In this document: positions 1 to 8,981 of the stretch, piece by piece
Layout: each line of letters opens with the position of its first letter
How positions within the stretch are numbered: position 1 is the stretch's first letter
From: Candidatus Bathyarchaeota archaeon
Lineage (GTDB): Archaea; Thermoproteota; Bathyarchaeia; Bathyarchaeales; Bathycorpusculaceae
Reading direction: 5' to 3'
Length of the DNA stretch: 64,000 nt
Assembly: GCA_963717465.1 (NCBI GenBank)
Contig: OY970340.1
Span: 1,984,001 to 2,048,000 of the forward strand
Translations under genes and position numbers: made by a program
Notes under the pieces: generated by a model
What the model was told of the DNA's origin: nothing
The model's input: only the letters and a program-made list of their open reading frames with translations
The model's database searches: none

Positions 1-2
1 GT

Positions 3-1166
3 CCGGCCCTCCTGAATATGCAATGCATCAAGGCTTTTTCTTCGCTCTGCCGCAGCAAATAACTCGCCGAAATAACTTGGTACTACAACTTTGCCCCATT
101 GCACTTGTTGCGCTGGCGGTTTCTGATTCTTTTCATCTAAACTTCCAACTGCGCCTTTGCCTGATGCCCTTTGTTTTGCTGTTGCCTTGTTGATGAAGTC
201 TTCAAGCTTCGCCATCATAGCGGCTGACTCAGCTTTAACCGCTTCTTTTGCGGCTTCTGACGCTGCCTTGATAGCTTCAGCTTTCGCCTCTGCCTCGCTC
301 TTGTTACATGCTTCAACCGTTTGTTTGCAGGCTTCTGCAATACTTTGTCTGCATGCTTCCGCAAGGTTCTTCGCATGCTGTTCAATCATTGCTTTAACTG
401 CGTCTGCATCGAAAAGATTTGTTTTGTTTCCTTCTGCGCTCATTATGTTTTTTTCTCCTTTTTGATTTTTTATTGGATTAGCTTCTCCAGCTGCAAAGCT
501 GTTGAAGCGTACCTGTGAATCACAGCCAAGGCAATCAAACGTTAAGGCACCAGCGCATTTCATGCAGGAATGTTTGCCTTTAGCGTTTAATGCCTTGCTG
601 ATTACAATTTGTTGAGCTGCAGTCATGGCCGCAGCGAACCCGACAGGCCTAAACCGTGTATGCTCATAAGCCCCCTTAGAAACAATACTTAACTCGACAA
701 GCTGAGGCTTACGCATGATTTCCCAGGCGCCCCGGCAAATATGAACAAGATTCATGTTCTCATCACGTGAGTGACAACCGCAGGCACTGCAGAAGGCCTC
801 ACCAACTACACGAGGGCTAACACTGTTAACATACTCTTTTTCAATTTTGTTAAGCAGTTCCTCGTCACCGCTTACCTCACCCTTGAAAGGCACTTCCATT
901 CGGCCGTCAGCTGCAACTTGGGGCATGCGAAGAAAATTGACTACCCCTTTGACGTCTTCTATTTTATCGCCGTGGTCGACGCGAATCTGTACGTTTTGTC
1001 CCATGGCCACAAAGTAAGGTAATTCTTCCTGGGGAACCTGCCACATGTTACGGTTAACAGTATCGTCGATTGCTATGCCTTCAATAATTAGGACCTTGCC
1101 GTCAGCACTACGCTTGAAGGTAACTGGCACATTATAATCCAGCAGAATATTGGATTTTGTACTCAT
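3..1166 (-). CDS. Prohead (maturation) protease fused to coiled-coil scaffold, 3'-partial
   Basis: Manually translated, absent from ORF track because no stop in window: MSTKSNILLDYNVPV...IEGIAIDDTVNRN...IRVDHGD...VNSVSPRV..FCSACG..HIC...LVELSIVSKGAY followed by an Ala/Glu/Lys-rich helical region; downstream of portal. Confidence 0.8.
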   Translation of the reverse strand, partial: MSTKSNILLDYNVPVTFKRSADGKVLIIEGIAIDDTVNRNMWQVPQEELPYFVAMGQNVQIRVDHGDKIEDVKGVVNFLRMPQVAADGRMEVPFKGEVSGDEELLNKIEKEYVNSVSPRVVGEAFCSACGCHSRDENMNLVHICRGAWEIMRKPQLVELSIVSKGAYEHTRFRPVGFAAAMTAAQQIVISKALNAKGKHSCMKCAGALTFDCLGCDSQVRFNSFAAGEANPIKNQKGEKNIMSAEGNKTNLFDADAVKAMIEQHAKNLAEACRQSIAEACKQTVEACNKSEAEAKAEAIKAASEAAKEAVKAESAAMMAKLEDFINKATAKQRASGKGAVGSLDEKNQKPPAQQVQWGKVVVPSYFGELFAAAERRKSLDALHIQEGR

Positions 1167-1242
1167 TGATTCTCACTTGTTTCTTGATTATGTTTCTGTT
1201 TTTTTATCTTCTTTCCACGATTGCCTTGTAAATTTGCCGTGT

Positions 1243-1567
1243 TTAAGGAGTACACTTTACAATGTCGCCGAGACTGCGCCAGATGGATAAATCCGCAGGC
1301 TCAAAGTCTCCGTTGCCAGCCTTATCTAGGCACCTGTGATATTTGACTCCGCGGAGTTGACAATCAATTTTAAGTGCTAAACAGGAAGCCCACCGTTTAC
1401 AATCATGCTCGCAAGCATATGGTCTAGGAGCGTTAAAGAAGGCCCCGAAACAAAGCGGGTCACCATCCCGATCTGTCACCTGAAGGTCAACACCTAAAAC
1501 AGGGTTTATTCTCTCTTTTCAGCTGAGCATCTTGATACTCTTCGAATGATTCGTCTGGTTGAGTCAT
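1243..1567 (-). CDS. Small Cys-rich viral protein (apparent +1 frameshift near 1502-1504)
   Basis: ATG at 1567 (MTQPDESFEEYQDAQLKRENK) joins the 1243..1479 frame (PVLGVDLQVTDRDGDPLCFG..CEHDCKRWASC) if one C of CCC is removed. Confidence 0.5.
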
Positions 1568-1655
1568 AATTTAAATCACTATTTTATCTGATTTGAGCAA
1601 CCATATACTTTCTGCCTTTAGATTCAAAATAGGCTCTGTTACCGACAGCTTCTTT

Positions 1656-3026
1656 CTAATCAGGAACAGCTTTAGTCATGGCTGAAGTAGGCATGTTAGC
1701 ATCAACCTGCTCTGTTAAAGTAACAAGATTACCCCAAACCTGCTCAGGCAAACCAAGCTTCGAACGCGCTTCCAAATCGCCTTCTAAACCTGCTTGGTAC
1801 AACCTAATTTGTTGGTCAAACATAACGTCGGCTGAGGGTTCCCAGATTGGTTTCCACTCAACTTTCGGAATCTTATCAGGCGTAATCAACGAACTTTGAA
1901 AGTCGCCTTGAAGAATAGCGGGGAACAATTCATTTTCAAAGGTATATTTGAGATGCTGCTGCCGCGTTCTTAACCTTGTAACAAATTCTTGCATAACCAT
2001 TTCGGCCGTGGCTCGATTTGTCGATTCACTTTGACCCAAGAATATTTTAGGTACGCCTAATTGAGCTTCACGCTGCTGCAAAAGATAAGTCAGCCACCAT
2101 TCAACCCGTAAACTGCGGGTCATGCTATCGATGGGCTGGATTTTTACATCATGTTTAACGGCTATGTCAGTGCCCTGGTCACGTGCACATATTTCGTTGA
2201 TGAAGTTTGCAAGTTTAGTGTTCGACCATTCTCCTGCGCCTGGGCTACCGCAGACAAAACTGAGAATGGGCTTAGTGTAAATCTTCATGATTAAGGCCAT
2301 GTCATGCTGAAAATCATCGATCAAACCCTGAATAAGCAAAGTGCTGCGTAACAGGCTTACGCCATAGGCGCTGTTGTAGCGTCCTGATCCTGGATTGTGA
2401 ATTGTCCGAATGATGTCCTGTGGTAAAAATATTGCTGGAGGCACTGATAAGAGCTGAATGTAACCAAACGTATTCATTAAAGCGTCTCGGCGAATGCGCA
2501 CGTACAAGGGATCCAAGGGCTTGAGCCATTCTACACGCTGATTGTCTTCATCCCTGCAAATTTCCGTGATGCTGAAACCGTTTATAAGCGCGTCTCTTTC
2601 TTGAATTCGCGCCACTGAAGGTATATCATGGGAAGCAAGCCACTCTGTTAAGTAACTGTTGAATGTTGTGTTTCCGCCTTTTAGCTCAAACCAGTTACTC
2701 ATCGTCAAGTTAACTCGGACGTCAATCGACGCTGCCACATACGGGTTAAACTCATAGAGCGACTGAAGTTTGGGCAAGTCATCAACTGGAGTAACACCCC
2801 AAATCCGATCATATAGGCTGCTATAGGGTGGGGTTACAAAACCGATTCCAGCGCTCTTCAAAGTGTACTTGTTCAAGTAGGCCTGCAGGATAACATCACG
2901 CGAGGTCCTGAAAGGAATTTCGTCATTTAACTGCTTAGTTGCAGTATCCGCATCGACATTTCTCGCCGGGTTTGGCATACTATCTGCTAGTTTAAGCGTA
3001 GCGGTATATTCTGATCGTGTTGGCAT
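1656..3026 (-). CDS. Phage portal protein
   Basis: 456 aa; NPYVAASIDVR, DALINGFSITEI, LKPLDP, YGVSLL, LGVPKIFLG, NRATAE motifs typical of portals; position after TerL. Confidence 0.9.
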   Translation of the reverse strand: MPTRSEYTATLKLADSMPNPARNVDADTATKQLNDEIPFRTSRDVILQAYLNKYTLKSAGIGFVTPPYSSLYDRIWGVTPVDDLPKLQSLYEFNPYVAASIDVRVNLTMSNWFELKGGNTTFNSYLTEWLASHDIPSVARIQERDALINGFSITEICRDEDNQRVEWLKPLDPLYVRIRRDALMNTFGYIQLLSVPPAIFLPQDIIRTIHNPGSGRYNSAYGVSLLRSTLLIQGLIDDFQHDMALIMKIYTKPILSFVCGSPGAGEWSNTKLANFINEICARDQGTDIAVKHDVKIQPIDSMTRSLRVEWWLTYLLQQREAQLGVPKIFLGQSESTNRATAEMVMQEFVTRLRTRQQHLKYTFENELFPAILQGDFQSSLITPDKIPKVEWKPIWEPSADVMFDQQIRLYQAGLEGDLEARSKLGLPEQVWGNLVTLTEQVDANMPTSAMTKAVPD

Positions 3027-3035
3027 TCAATCAAC

Positions 3036-3254
3036 TCATTGACTAGGTTGCTGGGATTCTGCAGCAGGCTTAGGAACGGATACTGTGATAAGTAAACTAT
3101 CAAGCACAATTGTTTTCATGAGGTCCTTGCCGGCGCCGTTGATGTAAATATGAATGTCTTTTGGCTGAGCCGCTACTTCTATGCCTAATGTCTTTACAAT
3201 CTTGGCCTTATCGTCAATACTGAAGATTTCTTTCTCGTTTTCAGGGGTATCCAT
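3036..3254 (-). CDS. Small hypothetical viral protein
   Basis: 72 aa ORF tightly packed between TerL and portal. Confidence 0.6.
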   Translation of the reverse strand: MDTPENEKEIFSIDDKAKIVKTLGIEVAAQPKDIHIYINGAGKDLMKTIVLDSLLITVSVPKPAAESQQPSQ

Positions 3255-4740
3255 AATATTTCACTTTAATGTTTTTTTGGGGAAATGCGATGCCTATACC
3301 TTCAGACGGCTTGTCGCCGCCAATCAAGTTACGAACCGCAATCTCAACCGAGTCCAAAGCGTCGTCGTGTGCTCCACGTGGGAATTCAACCCACTCCTGG
3401 AAGAACTCACCTTTTGCATTATGCACGACAGGGTTGAGCAGTATGCGTTTAGCTTCAAAATGACTGCTTAATGGGATTAATCGCTCCTCTTTTCCTGAAA
3501 CCGTTTGAGTTGGAACGATTGGCAGCTTGTTTAGTTCAGGAAGGAAAGTTAGGACCTTTTGGAAAGCGTTCGATTCGATGTAAATTTTACTGTAGCCATA
3601 AAGTAAATGCAACTGCTTAAGTTTTTCAAGCGCTACCGGGAAGGGCACTTTCTCAGCCCAAACATCATAAAGATAACCCTGATTCGCGTCACGGTCATAG
3701 ATGAATGTGCTGATAGCGAATAAGTCACCTTCACCCAATGCGGGATCCACACCGGCATATTTTGGCAAGTTATGTGCAGGCTCAAACGCTGCATCCTTTT
3801 CATTCCAGGGATGTAACCATTCAGACTTCAACAAATCACCTTCCATACTTGTAGGATCATTCTGGTACTGTGACAAGAAATAGACGCTGCCGATATCATC
3901 GCATTTCTTCTTTAAGCGTTCATAAGGCCAGACTTCAGGCCACAAGACTTTAGGAGATTCGCCTTTGCTTATGGCTTCGTAATTTTGAATTGCCTTGTAA
4001 ACTTTAAACGGCCAGCCTTTGCCACCTTTCTCAGGAGGAGTAATTAATTCGCTGTACAAGTCGGCATAGTGCCATCTTGTCCCGATGACTAGGCAGGCGC
4101 CCCAACTGAATAGTGTTGTTAATAGTACTTTGAAGAACCATCGGCTGCTCTTTTCTCTTTGACATTGTGTGTAGACGTTTTCCTCGTCAATTATGTCATC
4201 GGCGATGATTAAGTCAAAGCCGCCCCCTGTAAGTGAACCCATAATGCCGCAACCGCGTAATGTGGGGAACTTGCTAATCTCTTTTCTCTTGACAAAGAAT
4301 TCGGTGTCAGTCCATTTTTGAGGATTCTTGGGCTTCAAGTTCCCAAAGACGCTGATGTAATTCGGGTCGTTTTCGATGCGGTTTTTGATGGCTGCGACTG
4401 TTTGATTGGCTAACTCTGCGGTTTTACTTACGATTAAAATTCGGATTTCAGGGTAATTGCCGATGAGCCAGCTGGGGTAATTGATGCTTGTGCATTCACT
4501 TTTCGCGTGTTTGCGTGGGGCTTCGAGATGAAAATTTTTTAATGCTAAAGGATGCCCTGGCAAAGGACTAAAATGAGATGGGTCATTCATTGGCTCCAAA
4601 AGTCGGTACCATTCATCATGAAACCAAGCGGTATTATTATAACCAAGATAACGAGCAAAATATCGAAGTCTACGGCGTGCCAGCTGCTGTCTCTGCTCTT
4701 CTAAGAATCTCTTCTGCATGCAAGATTGCTTCGAATTCAT
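3241..4740 (-). CDS. terL: Terminase large subunit
   Basis: Walker A-like PRKHAKS, Walker B IIADD, IGTRWH, YQNDP, nuclease GVDPA and HDDALDS; start may be ATG 4719. Confidence 0.95.
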   Translation of the reverse strand: MNSKQSCMQKRFLEEQRQQLARRRLRYFARYLGYNNTAWFHDEWYRLLEPMNDPSHFSPLPGHPLALKNFHLEAPRKHAKSECTSINYPSWLIGNYPEIRILIVSKTAELANQTVAAIKNRIENDPNYISVFGNLKPKNPQKWTDTEFFVKRKEISKFPTLRGCGIMGSLTGGGFDLIIADDIIDEENVYTQCQREKSSRWFFKVLLTTLFSWGACLVIGTRWHYADLYSELITPPEKGGKGWPFKVYKAIQNYEAISKGESPKVLWPEVWPYERLKKKCDDIGSVYFLSQYQNDPTSMEGDLLKSEWLHPWNEKDAAFEPAHNLPKYAGVDPALGEGDLFAISTFIYDRDANQGYLYDVWAEKVPFPVALEKLKQLHLLYGYSKIYIESNAFQKVLTFLPELNKLPIVPTQTVSGKEERLIPLSSHFEAKRILLNPVVHNAKGEFFQEWVEFPRGAHDDALDSVEIAVRNLIGGDKPSEGIGIAFPQKNIKVKYYGYP

Positions 4741-5236
4741 CTTCAGACATCTTCGATAACAAATTATCGGTCTGTTGCTGAATCATAGTTTGCTGCTTAA
4801 CATTAACTTCAACGTTAACTTCGGATTTTTCAGGTTTAGGCTTCAAACAACTAATCATACTACCTCTGGCTCTAATCGCTGCCGCTAAAGCTTCCAAGTT
4901 CGGCGCTTTCCCATCCTGCAAAGCAAAACCGCGCAGCAAAGCAATGTCTCGAAATTGCACACGAATTAATTCATCAGTCAAAAAGACAACTTCGCCGCTG
5001 CGCAAATCACGAAACACTGTCATCCAACTTACAGAGTACCCTTTTTCAATCAAAAAGGTTCGAATTTCCTCAATTGTATCGCCACGAGCACGTCGCTCAA
5101 ATACAAGTTTGCGTCGAATTATCTGTTTTAAATTGACGGAAGAATATTCTGTTTCTTCTTCTTTGGTCTCTTCCTCTTCTGGTTCATTGTTTAAGATGAC
5201 TGTTGTTATTCCGTTAAAATCTAAAGGTGAATTCAA
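4670..5236 (-). CDS. Putative terminase small subunit
   Basis: HTH-like segment (GDTIEEIRTFL..GYSVSWMTVFRDL), beta-type tail EVNVEVNV, overlaps TerL start; GGAGG upstream. Confidence 0.7.
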   Translation of the reverse strand: MNSPLDFNGITTVILNNEPEEEETKEEETEYSSVNLKQIIRRKLVFERRARGDTIEEIRTFLIEKGYSVSWMTVFRDLRSGEVVFLTDELIRVQFRDIALLRGFALQDGKAPNLEALAAAIRARGSMISCLKPKPEKSEVNVEVNVKQQTMIQQQTDNLLSKMSEDEFEAILHAEEILRRAETAAGTP

Positions 5237-5298
5237 ATTTTAATAGCCTCCAAATTTTTTTATTTCAGCAGTTTAGCACAAAAATGCTTCTTGACATT

Positions 5299-5541
5299 TT
5301 AGCCTCCGCATGCCTTGACAATCAGGTAAGTTAATAGTCCTCCAGCGCCAGCGGAAATAATGGCTGTTGCAATTGGTTTGGTGAAGCGTACCCAAGATTT
5401 GTTTACTGCGTTGCAAGCCTCTAACGTTTCAAGGCGGCGGTAAATGTGAGGTAAATGATTATTAGTCAACTTATCAATCTGCACAGTAATGTAATCAAGC
5501 TTTGTCTCAATTGTTGCTAAACGCTCTGAGGGTGTAGGCAT
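5299..5541 (-). CDS. Small coiled-coil plus C-terminal TM protein (XhlA/holin-like)
   Basis: ERLATIETKLD...NNHLPHI...LE followed by one hydrophobic helix; likely ATG at 5541. Confidence 0.55.
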   Translation of the reverse strand: MPTPSERLATIETKLDYITVQIDKLTNNHLPHIYRRLETLEACNAVNKSWVRFTKPIATAIISAGAGGLLTYLIVKACGG

Positions 5542-5542
5542 A

Positions 5543-5794
5543 CTATTGAAAGGCTCCTTGTGCACGATTATCAGATAAAACTAGGCCTGTGGGGCAATCA
5601 GGAATATCCGCAAAATTTACGTTTTCAACGGATAATTTAATAAAGCGTTTTAGGTCTTCTGGAGTGCCTGTGAATATGCGTTCTTGAAGTTTAGGGTCAA
5701 ACTTGCTATTATGGAAACAGAATTGTCTTGATTTTCTAAATTCTATACTTTCATCTGATCTATGTCCACGATGAGTCAAAACAGACACTTCCAA
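5543..5794 (-). CDS. Hypothetical protein, first ORF of viral module
   Basis: 83 aa ORF whose stop abuts the next ATG. Confidence 0.45.
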   Translation of the reverse strand: MEVSVLTHRGHRSDESIEFRKSRQFCFHNSKFDPKLQERIFTGTPEDLKRFIKLSVENVNFADIPDCPTGLVLSDNRAQGAFQ

Positions 5795-5887
5795 AAAAGC
5801 TTAACGCTTGAAACCGCACACAATCCTCTTCTGGGTGAGGCAGGCGAGACTTTGCAAATAGCTGCTTTTACTTAACTATTCCGATTT

Positions 5888-5946
5888 ACTATTTAAGCAA
5901 TTGTAAAGATTCACTATTTAAGCAATTGTACATCTAAGCAATCGAG
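5888..5946 (-). promoter_or_regulatory. Tandem 18-bp direct repeat containing TATA-like element upstream of viral operon
   Basis: ACTATTTAAGCAATTGTA at 5888-5905 and 5913-5930, degenerate third copy ~5931-5946; reads CTTAAATAG on minus strand. Confidence 0.65.
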
Positions 5947-6110
5947 TTGCTTTAAGTTTCACAAAAAACTTTGACGTATGATTTTTTATGAACATTTTTG
6001 CAGTTATCTTGCGAATTCTTTGAATTTTTTTAATTTTTTTATTTGATCAGTTAATGAATATTTCTTAATTTAGTTAATGTTCAAGTTAACCCATTACAAA
6101 TGTGACGGGT

Positions 6111-6908
6111 TTACTGTCTAATTCCCAATATCTTTCGCCGATGGATCAAGATTCTTGCGAGATGGACAGCTACGTAAGCGCCTGATAAAGTCAGTAGTAA
6201 GAAGAACACTATTCTCTGCGAGTAATCAAATGAGGATGTGAAGACGTAGATTCCGTAGAAACCTGCTGCTTCAAGGAATATGAATCTCAAACCGAAGCCT
6301 GCAGTACTGGATAGCATGAATTCAGTAAAACTATTCTTGAGAGTTCCAGCGGCCAATGAAACAACTGTATAAAAGAATGGTATGAATGTGGATATGAAAA
6401 CTGAGAATTTGCCGTGTTCAACTAACCATTCATCTGCATTCTCAAGGCTTTTTTCAGATATGCGGAAAAAAGACAAAGCCTTCAACAGTAACGGTCTTGC
6501 TGCAAACCTGCCACAAACATACTCCACCGGTACAACGGCACCAACTAAGCACACTAGAAAAGTGTAATACGGATTGAACACTCCAATTGCTGACAGGTAG
6601 CCGCACGCTGGAACAAGAAAATAATCGGGAACTGGCGAAAAAACAATGCTCAGAAACATGCCTAGGTAACCTGAAAGCAAAAGCAACGATGATACAGCTT
6701 CCGGATCAGAACCGTAAGGTGAGACGTTGATTAAATGAAAATACCCATTAATCAAAGCCAAAACACTCACCAACATTATGAGAATCGAAACTGCGGAAAG
6801 GTAGTGCCAGTACTTGTGAAGCCCAAGTATTTCCTTTTTCAAAACTCGATAAGGCTTTTCCAAATCAGATATAAGTCTATTCTCTGAAACCTTCTCCCTC
6901 TTATCCAT
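6111..6908 (-). CDS. DedA/VTT family membrane protein
   Basis: SPVPDYFLVPACGYL, ADEWLVEHG..SVFISTFIP..SLAAG motifs. Confidence 0.85.
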   Translation of the reverse strand: MDKREKVSENRLISDLEKPYRVLKKEILGLHKYWHYLSAVSILIMLVSVLALINGYFHLINVSPYGSDPEAVSSLLLLSGYLGMFLSIVFSPVPDYFLVPACGYLSAIGVFNPYYTFLVCLVGAVVPVEYVCGRFAARPLLLKALSFFRISEKSLENADEWLVEHGKFSVFISTFIPFFYTVVSLAAGTLKNSFTEFMLSSTAGFGLRFIFLEAAGFYGIYVFTSSFDYSQRIVFFLLLTLSGAYVAVHLARILIHRRKILGIRQ

Positions 6909-7224
6909 GCCTCTGCTCTCAACCCATCAACTGCCAAGTAAGCTGTAATCATTTAACGTACTGTGTATTATACTAATTGCTCACAAAAGTTAGCACGCAA
7001 GAAACAGAAAAAGCTGAACACTAACTCCAAAGAACCACCCTGTCAAGTGCTCTAAAAACTTGAAACATCGCGTCAAGACTGAACATAAAACTATCATGCT
7101 CAAAATAAAAGCATTAGAAAATTGTAATGTCTAAATTCACAAAAGTAAATCGAGTTTAATTCGTTTCCACTAAGTCAGTTAATCTTTAAATATTGGTTAA
7201 GGCTAAGAAAATCTGGGTTTAATT

Positions 7225-7623
7225 TTGATCTTTGCCGATTTGCTTGTAACATTAGTCGGACTGATAATTCTCTGGATACTCGTTTCAATACCCGTTTGGC
7301 TTGCTGCGAAAGCTACTACGGGTGGCAGAGCGTCTTTTGGGGAAGCCATGCTCGCAACGCTTGTTGGACCGGTAATTTACGTCATTGTCAACTATCTCGT
7401 CAATTACTTCCTGGGTGCTGTGATAGGGGCAGGTGCTCTAGCTTTTGGCTACATTTTAGCACTTCTTGCTTGGATCTGGGTTTTCAAGGCTAGCTTTCGA
7501 ACGGGTTGGATTAGGGCAATTCTAATAGCAATCCTTGCGTGGGTTATCTTCATTATCTTAAGCATAATACTTGGAGTGCTCTTTGGGATAACTTATCCAG
7601 CGCCATTCTTCCCAAAAATTTAA
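7225..7623 (+). CDS. Hypothetical 4-TM membrane protein
   Basis: 132 aa hydrophobic ORF. Confidence 0.75.
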   Translation: MIFADLLVTLVGLIILWILVSIPVWLAAKATTGGRASFGEAMLATLVGPVIYVIVNYLVNYFLGAVIGAGALAFGYILALLAWIWVFKASFRTGWIRAILIAILAWVIFIILSIILGVLFGITYPAPFFPKI

Positions 7624-7764
7624 ACCGAAACTTTGAAAATTCAAAAGATTAAGGCACTTACTTGTTTATTGCTTGTTCATAAAGGAAACCTGTTTACTTC
7701 TCTTTTTGAATTATTTAAGACACTGTTTGTTGAAAGTTAGATATTCATTTTTATTTTAGCCATT

Positions 7765-7780
7765 AAAAAAGTTTATATAC
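7765..7780 (+). promoter_or_regulatory. BRE/TATA box of Lrp gene
   Basis: AAAAAAGTTTATATAC just upstream of the ORF. Confidence 0.55.
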
Positions 7781-7814
7781 TGAGTAAATTTTTTTCTTGC
7801 AACGATTGATAAAC

Positions 7815-8324
7815 ATGAAAGAACTAAAACCAATCGACTATAAACTTTTGTATGAATTAATGAAAAACTCGCATAGAAGTGATAGGCAATTAGCTAAAGT
7901 TTTAGGGATATCTCAGCCTACTGTAACTCGAAGAAGAGCAATGCTTGAAGAAAATTTTATCGAAGGATACACGGTCATACCAAAATTTTTTGAAATTGGT
8001 TTCGAAATTGTTGCTTTGACATGTTTTAAAACTGTTGTAAAAGATCAAAAAGGACAGACAAAAGAAGAATCAATAAAGAAACTAAAAGAATGGTTCACGA
8101 AACAAAATAATGTGGTCATGGTCACTGAAGGACTTGGGATGGGCTGGAATTCAGCGTGCTTCTCATACCATGAGAACTACACCAGCTTCACAGACTTCAA
8201 AAGAAAGCTTGAATCAGAACTATCCGATTGGGTACTGGAAAGCCAAACCTTTATCATAAACCTTAGAACTGACACAGTGTTCAAGTCATTACACTTGAAA
8301 TACCTAACCTTTCAGAAAAAGTAA
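7815..8324 (+). CDS. Lrp/AsnC family transcriptional regulator
   Basis: IDYKLLYELMKNSHRSDRQLAKVLGISQPTVTRRR wHTH plus C-terminal RAM-like domain. Confidence 0.9.
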   Translation: MKELKPIDYKLLYELMKNSHRSDRQLAKVLGISQPTVTRRRAMLEENFIEGYTVIPKFFEIGFEIVALTCFKTVVKDQKGQTKEESIKKLKEWFTKQNNVVMVTEGLGMGWNSACFSYHENYTSFTDFKRKLESELSDWVLESQTFIINLRTDTVFKSLHLKYLTFQKK

Positions 8325-8440
8325 GCAGACCTCAACCAATTATTCTTAATTTCTAAAAAAATCATTCTTAGTGGACCTATTTTTCAAAAGACTAATTAAT
8401 GCTTTCTTGATTTTTTAAGCTTTTCAATCATTTCTTGGCT

Positions 8441-8883
8441 CTATTCGAATGCTCCAGCTGCGTTTGATGCATTTTCCGGTATGAATTGGGTGATATCCCC
8501 GTACTCAACAATTTTCTCTTTGCTAAAACGGAAAATATGCACTTGCCTCAATCCGCCTTAATTTGGCTTGGAGCTAGCAAGTTGCGTGTGCACAGCAACT
8601 GCATCTCCTTCAGAAATGACTTGTCTGACAATAAGTCTAAACTTCGCTTTTGATCCTTTTACAATTCCTTCTGAACCCTGCTTTTGGACTGCAATCATTG
8701 CATCGATTAATGCATCCATTCCTCCTGAAACGTATGGATTGTGTGTTTTGCATTCAGGAGCAAAGAAACGTAATCCATCCTTTGGTCTTCCCAATTCAAT
8801 TAAATTAAGAAATTCTACAGAGCCATATCTTTCCTAACTTTGTTGCCATAGGTTTTTGAGTTATCATTTTCTTCAGCAGTCAT
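8441..8883 (-). pseudogene. SnoaL/NTF2-like protein, disrupted
   Basis: ATG 8883 frame breaks near 8820 (apparent 2-nt insertion); in-frame TAA at 8558-8560; homology continues HNPY...ISEGDAVAVH...HIFRFSKEKIVEYGD. Confidence 0.7.
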
Positions 8884-8981
8884 TTTTCCACATAAAAGCA
8901 AGTTTTAAAATTATTTATACGTTTTGAAATAAATCCTAATGCGTTTTTTCAATAGAATTGCACTTCGAAATTTTAAGAGGG

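Larger units (their letters stand above)
1..5950 (-). mobile_element. Provirus or GTA-like head/packaging module (continues beyond left edge)
   Basis: Co-oriented TerS-TerL-small ORF-portal-small ORF-prohead protease/scaffold in canonical Caudoviricetes order; host-type genes resume at 6111. Confidence 0.9.

Noticed and set aside
157..1022. Plus-strand ORFs 157..465, 321..518 and 771..1022
   Set aside because: Shadows of the minus-strand protease-scaffold gene.
4670..4740. TerS-TerL fusion by frameshift
   Set aside because: Both ORFs have plausible termini and TerL has its own ATG; a simple overlap explains it.
5057..5070. GGTTCGAAT resembling a tRNA T-loop or att site
   Set aside because: Lies inside the TerS CDS with no cloverleaf around it.
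5888..5946. Possible mini-CRISPR array
   Set aside because: Repeats are only 18 bp with a 7-bp gap, and no cas genes are present.
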